In this document: piece after piece, positions 24,845 to 37,360 of the stretch
How the letters are laid out: every line of letters begins with the position of its first letter
How positions within the stretch are numbered: position 1 is the first letter of the stretch
Source: Octopus sinensis
Lineage: Eukaryota
Reading direction: 5' to 3'
Assembly (NCBI RefSeq): GCF_006345805.1
Contig: NW_021830031.1
Coordinates: 186,001 to 250,000, forward strand
DNA length: 64,000 bases
Notes under the pieces: model-generated
The model's database searches: none
The model's input: the letters and a program-made list of their open reading frames with translations, nothing else
Told to the model about the DNA's origin: nothing
Made by a program: the position numbers and the translations under genes

Positions 24845-25913
24845 TTGGGTCATAATTAATCCGGCTTTTTCAATTGCATGAACTAAAAATCAGAGGAAGA
24901 TAGGATAAACTAACTGCATCAACTTGCTATAAAAGCTGATAGTAATTTTACCTTGTACTTATTCTTAGTGCAAGTTTTGAAGAGTGCAGTTCGATTTTGA
25001 CGGTTATAATGGACGTGACAAAGGAGCATATTTGGCATATTTTGCTTTATGAGTTCAATAAAGGCAACAACGCAACAGAAACAAAGCTGGCAGAAATGCT
25101 TTGCGGTATTTCATCTACTGTTAGGTTCTGAGTTCAAATTCCACTGAGGTCAACTTTACCTTTCATCCTTTCGGGGTCGATAAATTAAGAACTAGTTACG
25201 CACTGGGGTTGATGTAGTCGACTTAATCCCTTTGTTTGTCCCCCCTATGTTTAGCCCCTTGTGGGCAATAAAGAAATAAGTACGAGGAATATTAATGCAG
25301 CATATGGGGATTGGATTATAAGTGTAAGTCAGTGTCAACAGTGGTTCCAGAAATTCCGAGCCTTGTCCTGGAAGATCTGGAGAGCTCGAAGAGGACACCC
25401 TGCAAACCCTAGTGGGACAAAATCCCATCGTGACTGTTGAAGAGCTAGCAGAGAAGCTTGGATTTGGTTATGCAAACACTCATTCAAGTCAGTGCTAGAA
25501 GGAAAATGACCATCTTTGGTTTCAAGACGAAAGGTGTTCTTCCATCAGGACAATGCTCAGTAACATACAGCAAAGATGACATTCCAAAAGCTGGAGCAGT
25601 TTGAATGGTAAATGATGCCTCACCCACTATATTCACTGGACATTGTCCTATCTGATTATCATTTATTCCGCAGTCTTCAAAATCATTTGGACAGAAAAAT
25701 TATGAATTCTGTAGACGAGGTCAGAATAGTACTGGAGGAGTATTTTTAGTGACGGACAAGTGAATTTTGGAAGTGGGGTCTTGCAAGTCGACTAGACAGA
25801 TGGAAGAGCATTGTAGAAAATGGAGAGTATATTTTAGATTAAAAAAGAACATTATCTTAATTTCAAAAGATAAAAGATGTGTAAAATACGCATTATTTAT
25901 GGGATGATCCAAT
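24845..25913 (+). mobile_element. Internally deleted mariner transposon interrupted by a family C SINE
   Basis: MDVTKEHIWHILLYEFNKGNNATE / RNINAAYG..QCQQWFQKFR / FHQDNA / HPLYSLDIVLSDYHLFRSLQ; stops present; imperfect TIRs. Confidence 0.9.
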
Positions 25914-26508
25914 ATATCTAGTACAGAGATATGTGACGGGGTGACACCATAGTAGGATGGTGAGAGGAGGGGTGTAGCTGGTAATCAATGGGGAAGTCAA
26001 AGACTAAGGGTGAATGATGGTAGAATAGAGCAATGGAAAGAAAACCATGGAGAACTGACAAGATGGAAAATGGGAGTAACGGAATACAACACCTTTATAA
26101 GTATATAGGCACAGGAGTGGCTGGCTTACCAATCACATGGCAAGTCCTGGGGTCAATTTGTTCGACTAAAGGCGGTGCTTCAGCATGAACACAGTCAAAT
26201 GACTGAAACAAAAGAATATATATATATATATAATAGATCAGGAGTCGAATGAACCAAGCACTTAAATAGTAAGACACCAGTTTGGGTTGAAAAGGTAAAA
26301 TCTGTACACAAAACCAATAGGAATAGATATGTGGGGACTGAAGTGCAAGCAAAAAGACATTCAGGTTATGTATATGATTAACTGTATCTGACTGGGTGTA
26401 TCAATAACCCTGATGCTGATCAAGAAATGCATTGTCCATAATATACTTCAGATCTATGCAAGGAGCAGGTTCCGAGAGAGGTGAATAAGAAATAACAAGA
26501 GATGGATA

Positions 26509-26636
26509 CTGTACAATTCACTACAGCTGTTTCCAACACATTTTTAACTGATTAATGGAAAAAACGTTTGCATCAGGATTTTTCTAATGGTGTAAATCAA
26601 AAATATATTGGAAACAGCTGTAGTGAATTGTCACAG
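26509..26636. mobile_element. 128-bp TA-TSD MITE
   Basis: TIR CTGT(G)ACAATTCACTACAGCTGTTTCCAA at both ends, flanked by TA. Confidence 0.8.
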
Positions 26637-28737
26637 TATTCATATGTATATGCATCTGTTTATAATTGTGCATCTTCATAACTTGCTGAGCTACAACATT
26701 GATGATGCTGCCATTTCTCCTGTTGATAAATCATTTGCTGGATGTTCTTCCTGTTGTCAACTCTTATAAGTTTTCAAGATGAGGTAATATTACTCCGTAG
26801 CTAGATATGCTTTCCATGGAAGGCTAGAAACGAGTAATATCATTTGAATGATGATGTTTAACCCTTTAGCATTTAAACCAGCCATATCCGGCCAAAAGTA
26901 TTCTGCCTGTTTTATGTTCAAACTGGCCAGATCTGGTCTCTCACACCAACCCTACAATATCGTTTTAAAAATTAACAGCTACCTCATCAAAATCTCATAG
27001 CTACAAGATAATGCATGATTAGTTCAAAACAATGTGGATGAAAAAGGATTAATTTTGGCAGAATAATGTGAACACTAAAGGGTTAAAACCCATCATATGT
27101 TGCCTAGACAAAAGTACACACACACATATATGATGGGGTTCTTTCAGTTTCCATCTGCTAAATTCACTCACAAAGCTTTGATCTGTCTGAGGTTTTCCTA
27201 GGAGACACTTTCTCGTGGAACCCTGCAGTGGGACCAAAACCAAGACCACATGGCTGGGAAGCAAGCCTCTTAACCTCACAGCCACATCTGGAAATTTCGA
27301 AACGGATGTAAAGACAAATGCAACAAACAGACTCAGCAAAACTGGAAAGAAGACGGGTCTTCTGTATCTGAAGAAGGTTTGACAAAAATAAGAATTGATC
27401 AGAATAATTTTTTTTTTTTTCTACTACACGGAGATAAAAGCTGTGGTGCACATTCATTTTTCAGAACAAGGCTAAAATCATGTCTATCAGAAAAAGGTAT
27501 ACTATACATCATCATCATTTAATAACTATTTTCCATGTTGGCATGGTTTGACTGGAAACTGGTAAGCTGCACCAGGTTCCAATCTGATTTGGTATGATTT
27601 CCGTGGCTGGATGCCCTTCCTAAGACCAACCACTCCAAGAGTGTAGTGGGTGCTTTTCACATGCCAGTTACATAAACACCAGCATTGGCCATGACTATGA
27701 TCTCACTTGGCTTGACAGGTCAACACGAGCACAGTATATCGCCAAAGGTCTTGGTCACCTGTCACTGCCTCCAAGAGGCCCAACGCTCATATGGTGCTTT
27801 TTACACCCCACTGGCACAGGTGCCAGTTATGCGACACTGGCATTAGCCACAACTACAACTTCACTTGGCTTGACATACCATACATCTCTAATCATTACAA
27901 AATTGCTGTGTAGTGCTTTATGAATTAATTAGTGTTTGTTGACAGAATGAGTGTCATTAAGTTGACAACATACAATCACTTTATCATGCTGCATAAATCC
28001 GAGAGATTTAGAAATGTATTATTTCTATTTTCATAAACGGATTGGTTGCTTGTTTCTCTGGAATTGGTCAAATCGATGTAGACGTCTCTGATGAGAGTTC
28101 AATAAGATTCGAAATTCGATTGAGGTGCTTCATCGTTTTTGCAATCTACAGAGAAACAGTTAAATTAGGCCTGTTTATATATCTGCTACATAGGTTACAT
28201 ATCTTTACTTATCTGAAGAATCATGTTACATATTCTAACATGCATTATTGCCGTCTGCTCATGTGTTTCCAGCATGGAATTGTCCAATTTCATAATCTGG
28301 ACATATTTATTTCAATGATGCACAAAATCGAAAAAAAAAAAAAAACCATATATATATACCACCATGGTCACTGTGACTGACCAGGCTATCAGATGTTGCT
28401 ACACATTGCTGGTCACAATGCGCCTTGCATTGTTTTTTAGCCTTCAAATGAGCAGGCCAACAGAAGAAAGTTGTGGCGAAAGAGTACAGCAGGGATCACC
28501 ACCACCCCTTGCCGGAGCCTCATGGAGCTTTAGGTGTTTTTGCTCTATAAACACTCACAATGCCCAATCTGGGAATCAAAACCACGATCCTACAACTGTG
28601 AGTCCGCTGCCCTAACCACTGGGCCATTGCGCCTCCATATATATCATCATCATCATCATTTAGCGTCCGCTTTCCAATAAAAAAACAAACAACCATTTTT
28701 TAGAAAATAAAAGATCAATAAAAAGAAATATTTTTAT

Positions 28738-28885
28738 TTATAAAACCGTATGAGAATCAAAATATTTGTAGGCTTTAAAGTTTCCAATTTTCTTGCCATT
28801 TTGATCGTAATGTATTGATCGAAAACACACTTGACAGTAAAATGATGGATCTTCTAAAGAATTAAAACTTCCCTCCGTCATCCAT
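28738..28885 (-). CDS. SNAPC3: SNAPC3 terminal exon (WMTEGSFNSLEDPSFYCQVCFRSIHYDQNGKKIGNFKAYKYFDSHTVL*)
   Basis: ctttccag acceptor; DPxFxCxxCFxxxHYDxxGxK motif; TAA. The nine exons total 1167 nt = 388 aa + stop. Confidence 0.95.
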
Positions 28886-29701
28886 CTGGAAAGACATTAT
28901 AAAGGATACAAAATGTAAATCCATATGCAATGTTAATATGTTGTATGTGTGTCCAATGACTGTTAATACCGTCATTGTTTAACCTTTTTCTTTTCAGATT
29001 TCTCCGTCAAATATAATGTTTATTCACATTGCTCTGAATTAATCATGCAGTTTGTGTGGAAGTGGGTGGTTTCACAATCATAAGGTCAGGAGTTCAATTC
29101 CTGGTGGCACACTGTGTCCTTGAGCAAGACACTTTATTCCACATTGATCCAGTCAAGTCACCTAGTAAAAATGAGTTGCATGTATAACTCATTTGTTGAG
29201 GCATATTTTTGATGGCCAGATGCTTTTCCTGTTCTGGATTTTTGCATTCTGAGTTCAAACCAACAATGTGGCCTACTTGGATGCAAGACCAGATCCATTG
29301 CCCAGTTCAAAAACCACCATCCTCAACTGTTGAAGTGACATGGAGAATGTTTTTCCTCCTCCTCATCATCATCATTTTACGTCCGCTTTCCATGCTGGCA
29401 TGGGTTGGACGGTTTGACAGAGGAGTGGCAAGCCAGAGGCAGTACCAGGCTCAGTCTGATCTGGCAAAGTTTCTACAGCTGGATGCCCTTCTTAACGTCA
29501 ATAACTCAAAGTGTGTAGTGGGTGCTTTTACGTGCCACCGGCACGAGGGCCAGTCAGGCAGTTCTGGCAATGACCATGCTCAAAAGGTGTTTTTATGTAC
29601 TACCTGCACGGGAGCCAGTCCGGCGGCACTGGCAACGACCACGCTCAGATGTTTTTCATGCATCACCAGCATGTGAAAAAAAAAGAATAAAGAAAAATTA
29701 C

Positions 29702-29809
29702 CTTGCGGAATCAAAAGCACAAATCCTGCAGATAGTTCGTTTCTTGCTCGGCCGTTTCACTAAGTAAGGATAATCGAGTATATTGAAGCTGTCGTGTGGA
29801 TGTAGCATG
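29702..29809 (-). CDS. SNAPC3: SNAPC3 coding exon 8 (MLHPHDSFNILDYPYLVKRPSKKRTICRICAFDSA)
   Basis: ctttgcag / AG|gtaatt; HxxD...YP and the first CxxC of the zinc finger. Confidence 0.92.
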
Positions 29810-29879
29810 CTGCAAAGAAGAAGATAACAAGAGTACAAGTTTGGCCCTTTTCCCTTATTATTTTTTTTTAAATGACATA

Positions 29880-30291
29880 GTACTAGTTAAGTTAAGTTAA
29901 TTTTTGGCGCAAAAAGCAAGGCCATGTAGGGGGGACATGGAGTTACGTACAAGTAGGGTGTTCATGCAAAGAGTTCAGGCCATTTCTGGTCAAGAGAGAC
30001 TTTGAACTGAGCGGTCGTCAGCATCTTCACTATCTCGTCCGGCAGCTTATTCCATGGATCCGCAACCCGGATGGAGAAAGCCCCTCTCCTTCGACTGAGA
30101 TGAAATCGTCGCAGATAGAGCTTTTCAAAGTGACCCTGCATCCGACGCTCTGGAGCAGGAGTGAAGAACAGCTCTTTCGAGAGGTTACACTTTCCGCTTA
30201 TGATGTTGTGAGCAAGAATGAGATCACCACGGCGTCGTCGTTTTTCTAGACAATAAAGGTCGAGCGTCTTCAGCCTTTCTTCATAAGACAT
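29880..30291 (-). mobile_element. CR1-clade LINE 3' fragment in SNAPC3 intron 7
   Basis: Open 109-aa SYEERLKTLDLYCLEKRRRRGDLI...FSIRVADPWNKLP; (AACTT)n tail about 70 nt from the exon 8 acceptor. Confidence 0.9.
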
Positions 30292-30571
30292 GTTTCACAC
30301 CAACATTATCATCACTTGTAAGCGTTTAGAGCAATACTTTAGTCTCCACATATATATTATCTTCTTTTATTCTTTTACTTGTTTCAGTTATTTGATTGCG
30401 GCCAAGCTAGAGCACCGCCTTTCATCGAACAAATTGACCTCAGAACTTTGTATGTCTAGTGCTTATTCTATCGGGCTCTGTTGCTGAACTACTAAGTTAC
30501 GGGGATGTAAACACACCAACATTGGTTGTCAAGCAATGATAGAGGAACAAACAGATACACAAATACATACA

Positions 30572-30616
<45 letters not shown>

Positions 30617-31326
30617 GACAGGCTTCTTTCAGTTTTACCAAATCCACTCACAAGGCTTTGGGTCCTAGACGTGAAATTAGGGTCCCAGACAGGCTCCTGC
30701 CACTCCAGAACATATCAGGGAATAGTGGTGGATACATGCATGCATCTGGAAACCACATGTGAACTTGTATTCCCACTAAAACTCTGGACATGAACTCTAC
30801 ACCTCAACAATGAATGATAACCACAGCTATGGCCTTCATTGCTATCCAACATAACTGCTCTCCTAATGGGGCATCTGTCAAATTTTGGAAGCTAGATTTT
30901 TGGCCCACAGGCAGAAGCATTACTTTGCCTGCTGGAATGTTAGTAAGGCTGATTGTCGGATGTGGTCAGCATTCATGAGGGACACTGAACTCATTGACTC
31001 AACCCATCGTAGGTAAATGTCACCTCAAGTATTTGTATGTAAGTGGTGACCACAGGATCCATCAAATTCTGTATCCCCTGACCACAGGGCTATCTTCTGC
31101 TATATGGCACAAAACTAAGGCCCTTGATAGGTCATGCAGCATTCTAATCCAGGCCAGAACAGACCTGGAAGCAGTGATAATTAAGAGGTCAATATCATAG
31201 AGAATGCCTGAGTCAGAGGTTCACCAGTAGATGTAACTGAGTTTCTTACCCAAGACTAGATTAGGGGTTGGTTTTGAAATGATTAAGAGGGATTATATGG
31301 TTATATCAAAGGATAGTTTTACTCAC

Positions 31327-31482
31327 CGTATATCAGACACCACAAGCAGGTGTTCACAGTTACCCTGGTGCATGTAGACATAAGGGTAACCAATCCTTAA
31401 GCTGAGGTCACTGAACTTGGTGTCTTCCATTGGCAGACTTTTGTAATGGGTCCCTGATTTGGCTGCCCATGCAATTACTTCA
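31327..31482 (-). CDS. SNAPC3: SNAPC3 coding exon 7 (EVIAW...MEDTKFSDLSLRIGYPYVYMHQGNCEHLLVVSDIR)
   Basis: ttttacag / CG|gtgagt; hallmark LxxRxGxPYxYxHQGxCEH. Confidence 0.96.
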
Positions 31483-32499
31483 CTGTAAAAATATATATAT
31501 ATATGTATGTGTGTATAGATGCACACAAACTAAATTAATAAAAATGCAAACAAAGAAACATCCTCTGCCTGCCTAACCATCACATGCCTTCACCATATAA
31601 ACCAGTGGGTCTCAAACAAGGGTGGAGGCGCAATGGCCCAGTGGTTAGGGCAGCGGACTCGAGGTTAAAGGATTGCAGTTTCGATTCCAAGACTGGGCGA
31701 TGTGTGTGTTTATTGAGCGAAAACACCTAAAAGCTCCGCAAGGCTCTGGCAGGGGGTGGTGGCGACCCCTGTTGTACTCTTTCGCCACAACTTTCTCTCA
31801 CTCTCTCTTCCTGTTTCTTGAGTAACACTGCAATGGACTGGCGTCCTGTCTAGCTGGGGGGAACACATACGCCACAGAAACCGGGAAACCAGGCCCATGA
31901 GCCTGGCTAGGCTTGAAAAGGGCGACATTTATCGTTATCTCAACCAAGGTCCATGTAGCTCTTGGGGGTCCAAATAAGATTTTGCTGTTCAATAAATTGG
32001 TTATACTTCTCCGATACACAAAGTATTTTAACAATTTTTATAAAATTCCTAATAATATTTAATTTTAAGAATATAATGGGACTTTATGAAACATTGAATG
32101 TTTATTAGGGTCCATGATGATGATCATCATCATCGTTTTACCAAAACAGACTGGGGCCTGGTGCAACTCTCCAGCTTACCAGTTCCGGTCAAAGAACCTA
32201 AGCCATGCCAGCATGGAAAAACAGATGCTAAACGATGATGATGATGAAGAATGATTTCTTACCTTTGTCATACACACACGCACACACAAACAATGATGGT
32301 TGTGATGCACATGAGGGTGCGGAGAACCCAGAGTGTTGTAATATAGATTTTGCTTCTGAATCCATGGTTACAGATTCAGCCCTGCAGCATGGCACCTTGG
32401 GTGAGTGTCTTCCATTATAACCTAGAGCTGACCAAAGTCTTGTGAGTGGATTTGGTAGATGGAAACTGAAAGAAGCTCATTGCACACACACAAAAAAAC

Positions 32500-32730
32500 A
32501 CCATTTGAGTGTGGCCGTCGCCAGTACCGCCTGACTGCCCCTCGTGCCGGTGGCATGTAAAAGCACCCACTACATTTTGGAATTGTTGGCATTAGGAAGG
32601 GCATCCAGCTGTAGACACTCCGCCAGATCAAGATTGGAGCCTGGTGCAGCCATCTGGTTCGCCAGTCCTCAGTCAAATCGTCCGACCCATGCTAGCATGG
32701 AAAGCGGATGTTAAACGATAATGATGATGA
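32500..32730 (+). mobile_element. Repeat family D (GGTTGGCGTTAGGAAGGGCATCCAGCTGTAGAAA...CCATGCTAGCATGGAAAGCGGACGTTAAAC(GAT)n)
   Basis: Copies at about 1480-1680, 4290-4470, 11600-11850, 18690-18835(-), 27510-27880(-), 29370-29680(-), 34485-34700, 40395-40560(-), 40690-40860(-); V-SINE-like central motif (inference). Confidence 0.8.
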
Positions 32731-33523
32731 TGTGTACGTGGGTGTCTTGGTATCTGACAGCGAGTGTTGATATGTTTATGCCTCCCGTAACTTAGTGGTT
32801 CAGCAAAAATGACTGATAAAAGAAGTACCAGGATTAAAAAAACAAAAAGTACTGGGGTTAATTTGTTCAAGTGAAATTCTTCAAGGCGGTACCCTAGCAT
32901 GGCCACAGTCTAATGACTGAAACAATTAAAAGATAAGATATGGGCGCAGGAGTGGCTGTGTAGTAAGTAGCTTGCTAACCAACCACATGGTTCCGGGTTC
33001 AGTCCCACTGCGTGGCATCTTGGGCAAGTGTCTTCTGCTATAGCCCCAGGCCGACCAATGCCTTGTGAGTGGATTTGGTAGACGGAAACTGAAAGAAGCC
33101 TGTCGTATATATATATAAGTGTGTGTGTATATGTTTGTGTGTCTGTGTTTGTCCCCCTAGCATTGCTTGACAACCAATGCTGGTGTGTTTACGTCCCCGT
33201 CACTTAGCGGTTCGGCAAAAGAGACTGATAGAATAAGTACTGGGCTTACAAAGAATAAGTCCCGGGGTCGATTTGCTCAACTAAAGGCGGTGCTCCAGCA
33301 TGGCCGCAGTCAAATGACTGAAACAAGTAAAAGAGTAAAAGAGAGTATCAAATCATCCTAATCGTCATCATTGTCTGCCTTCCATGGGTTGGATGGTTTG
33401 GCAGGTGCTAGCTAGGCAGAAGACTACCAGGCTTCACTGTATGTTTTGGAATGGTTTTGATAGCTGGATATTCTTCCTCATATCATTTTACGCACACACA
33501 CACACACACACACTTATACTTAC

Positions 33524-33606
33524 TCGCTATATTTTAGACTGTCAGCATGTCTTGTGTCATCATAAAAGATGTCCTCAATGAAGAAATATCCAGCCTTGAA
33601 AATATC
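33524..33606 (-). CDS. SNAPC3: SNAPC3 coding exon 6 (DIFKAGYFFIEDIFYDDTRHADSLKYS)
   Basis: gttgcag / GA|gtaagt; conserved FFxExxFYxDxR; in a different frame from the ORF-track entry. Confidence 0.93.
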
Positions 33607-33839
33607 CTGCAACAGAAGAAGATGAAGATGAGCAATGGTGACGCCCTGTCTCTAGAGATGAAGATTGTAATTCTAGGGATGCCGGAGGTAAATAAAACTC
33701 TGGGGTGAAGGACCTTTATGATAGGGTAGTTGTTTAACTCTAGCTCAGCCCTGATCAAGCAGAATTATAATCACAAATGTTCTAACTCTGACCATTCCGT
33801 TTTCTTCTTCTTCATCATCAATAATAATAATAATAATAC

Positions 33840-34100
33840 TAAAGGGAAGTTAAACAGTTTTGGTTGATGGAAAAGGTAGCAGTAGTACTAATAATTGTTG
33901 GAGCCCTGGGAACGGTGAGCAAAAATCTCGAGATGTACATGGAACAAATAAAGGTGGAGCACTTGCAGAAAATAGCACTGCTTGGAACAGCTCGAATACT
34001 CCGGATGATGCTCGAAAAATAAGAACTGTTACCTAAGTTCACTGGTAGTGAACAGCCGACACTGTAGTACATCTCCAGTATTAGAAGCTGTGCAAAGGCA
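33840..34100 (+). mobile_element. Dong-type LINE 3' fragment inside (AAT)n
   Basis: LIIVGALGTVSKNLE...LQKIALLGTARILRMMLEK*; (AAT)n on both flanks. Confidence 0.85.
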
Positions 34101-35002
34101 ATAATAATAATAATAATAATAATCCTTTCTACAAAAGGCACAAGGCCTGAAATCTTGTGGGAGGGGACTAGTCAATTACAACAACCCCAGTGTTTCACTG
34201 GTACTTAATTTATTGACCCTGAGAGGGTGAAATTTGAACTCAGAATGCCACAAAACATTTTGCCTGGCCTTTTAACGATTCTGCCAGCTCACCGCCTTAA
34301 TAATAACAATAATAATAATAATGATATTTAATCTTTTAGCATCTAAATCTGCCATATCTGGCCCAAAATGTTCTACATGTTTTATGTTGAAGTTGATCAG
34401 GCCTCTCACACTTATCTGATAATGTCATTCAAATCATAAACAACCATGTCTTCGAAATCTCAAAGCTATGAGATAGTGCATGAGCGTGGCCGTTGCCAGT
34501 ACCGCCTGACTGGCCCTCGTGCTGATGGCACATAAAAGTACCCACTACACTCTCGGAGTGGTTGGCATTAGGAAGGGCATCCAGCTGTAGAAACTCTGCC
34601 AGATCAGATTGGAGCCTGGTGCAGCCATCTGGATCGCCAGTCCTCAGTCAAAACGTCCAACCAATGCCAGCGTGGAAATGATGATGATGATGATGATGAT
34701 ATATATATATATATATATATACGTATATGTTTGTGTGTCTGTGTTTGGCCCCCCCCCCCCAACATCGCTTGACAACTGATGTAGTGTGTTTACATACCCG
34801 TAACTTAGCAGTTCGGCAAGAGAGACCGACAAAATAAGTACTAGGCTTACAAAGAATAAGTCCTGGGGCTGGTTTGTTCAACTAAAGCCGGTGCTGCAGC
34901 ATGGCCGCAGTCAAATGACTGAAAATAATAAAAGAATAGGTACTTATCTATAAAAGGAAAGGATTAGCAACAAATGGCCGAGAGAGAGAGAGAGATACAT
35001 AC

Positions 35003-35143
35003 CCGGGCACACAGGTTAATATCCAGATCTGGATCTTCACTGTAATCACCAGTAACGAGAAGGTCGTTAACACAGCAAATACGGTCACGTAGTTCTGTCA
35101 GCTTCTGTTGACCCAACACAGCAAAGGCATGTTCTAACCCCAT
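35003..35143 (-). CDS. SNAPC3: SNAPC3 coding exon 5 (MGLEHAFAVLGQQKLTELRDRICCVNDL...CAR)
   Basis: tctccag / CGG|gtatgt; hallmark VLGxQKLTxLRDxIxCVxDL. Confidence 0.93.
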
Positions 35144-36588
35144 CTGGAGAAATGGAGAGAGTGAGAAAGAAGAAAGAGGAGTAGAAAGGAGACATAATAA
35201 ACAAGGGTTTGTGTGTGTGTATGTATAGAGAAGAGAAGAACAACATAATAAAGAAGCAGAAAGAGAGAGAGAGAGAGAGACATAGGCATAGTGTGGAGGC
35301 ACATGGCCTAGTGGTTAGAGCAGCTACTCGCAGTCGAGGTTCGCGGGTTCGAATCTCAGACCGGGTGATGCGTGTGTTTATGAGTGAAACACCTAAGTTC
35401 CACGCGGCTCCGGCAAAAGTTAATGGCGAACTTCTGCTGACTCTTTCGCCACAACTTTCTCTCACTCTTTCTTCCTGCATCTTGCAGCTCACCTGCGACG
35501 GACCGGCATCCCGTCCAGGTGGGGAACCTATACACCAAGGAAACTAGGAAACCGGCCTTTATGAGCCAGGCATGGCTTGAGAAGGGATAAAAAAAAACCA
35601 ATAGGCATAGTGAATGGGTGAGGAAATTTGGAGGCTCAGGAAAGGAATGAGAAAGATTAGTTAGGATCATGGAAAAGTTGCGGCTTGAGAGATGAAGGAT
35701 GAGAGCTACGTCTTTGCGTCTGACGCCACTTTGGCAAACATATTTTGTCCATGTCTTTTGGTCTGATGTCTTTTTTGGCCGATGATTTTTTTTTTTGTCC
35801 AACAGCAAATCCTATCAATAAAATTTTCAAGGATAATTTGGTTTTGATGTTCACCTTCTTTTCTAAAAAGTTTATTTAAAATTGGACAAAAAAAAAATTA
35901 AAATTCAATGGCGTAGGAGTAGCTGTGTGGTAAGTAGCTTGCTTATGAACCACATGGCTCCAGGTTCAGTCCCACTGCATGGCACCTTGGGCAAGTGTCT
36001 TCTGCTATAGCTTCAGGCTGACCAAAGCCTTGTGAGTGGATTTGGTTGACAGAAACTATAAGAAGCCTGTCGTATATATGTATATATATGTATGTGTGTG
36101 TGTATCTGTTTGTGTGTCTGGTTTGTCCCCCCACCCAACATCGCTTGATAACCGTAACTTAGCGGTTCGGCAAAAGAGACCGATAGAATAAGTACTAGGC
36201 TGACAAAGAATAAGACTTGCTCAACTAAAAGGCAGTGCTCCAGCATGGCCACAGTCACATGACTGAAACAAATAAAAGAGTAGGACAAAAAGAAAAAACG
36301 TGGATGAAGTGACATTTGACGAAGAGTTGGGTCACGGAAGTATGGTGGGGATATCTCGGGGAGGAAACTGAGTAAAAGACCCAGTTAGGCACACACATGC
36401 ATACACAGTACTCAAAGAACATAGTTTCATAAGGTCAGTCAGGGATCTTCTTGGGAAATAAATATACCAGTCACCCTGGTTCCTTGTCATCCCCACCAAG
36501 AAATTCAAGGTCTCAAGGTCATGATTTTTACCCCTTAGTTTGATTTTGAAATGCAGAATAATAAAGAAGAAGAGTCGAAGATACTCAC

Positions 36589-36720
36589 CCCGGCCAGAGA
36601 TATGGATCTGCTGACATTTCGGCCAGTTTCTCGTGACTTGTATAAAGAGATGAGGAGCAAAGCATCAGGAGTGACTACTCTATGTTCGTCTGGGGGCAAT
36701 GGTCTGACTTCATCAGCCAA
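36589..36720 (-). CDS. SNAPC3: SNAPC3 coding exon 4 (LADEVRPLPP...DALLLISLYK...SLAG)
   Basis: actttag / GGG|gtgagt; phase 0-0. Confidence 0.8.
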
Positions 36721-36799
36721 CTAAAGTATAAAAAAAAACAAAAAAAAAACAACAATAAAAAAAAGACTATGGTGATCTTGTCATCATTGATTTTGGTTG

Positions 36800-37360
36800 T
36801 GTGTAGTACAAAATATCTGCTTGGACAAGTAGTGTTTGTGTGTGTGTGTGTGTGTAGCTGTGTGTGTAGTTGAGTGTATGTATGTGTGTGTACATGCGCA
36901 TGTATGCACTTGTGTGATTGTAAGTATGTATGTGTGTGCTAGCTTGGCTGAGTGTGTGTATGTGTGTGTGTCCCCGAGTAGTTGAGTGTGTGGCTGAGTG
37001 TATGCATGTGTGCGTGTGTAGGTGCGTGTGTATGTGTGTTTGTGTGTGACCGAGTGGTTGAGTGTGTGTACGTATGTGTGTCTGTGTGTGTGGCTGATTG
37101 TATGTGTGTGGAGGGGGGCTGAGTGTGTGTATATGTTTGTGCTTGTGTGGTTGAGTGTGTGTGTGTGTTTGCACTTGTGTGGTTGTATGTATGTCTGTGC
37201 TTGTGTGGTTGAGTGTGTATGTGTGTGTGTGCTTGTATGTATATGTGTCAGTGTGTGTGTATGTATATGTGCTTGTGTATTTGAGTGTGTGAGTGCATAG
37301 TTGTGTGTCTCTGTGTGTGACAGAGCATGAGAGTGTGTGTGCCTGTATGTGCATGTGGAC
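36800..37360. repeat. Degenerate (TG)-rich minisatellite with GGCTGAG/GGTTGAG interruptions
   Basis: Seen directly in the sequence; starts about 80 nt from the SNAPC3 exon 4 acceptor. Confidence 0.9.

Noticed and set aside
26690-26830. Minus-strand VILPHL...NRRNGSIINV, resembling a short-chain dehydrogenase segment
   Set aside because: In-frame stops, no other SDR motifs and no consistent exon; chance or an unrecognisable relic.
30680-31260. Non-repetitive-looking block in SNAPC3 intron 7, possible extra exon or nested gene
   Set aside because: Stops in the frames examined, and exons 7 and 8 already join in phase; probably a decayed LINE that I cannot classify.
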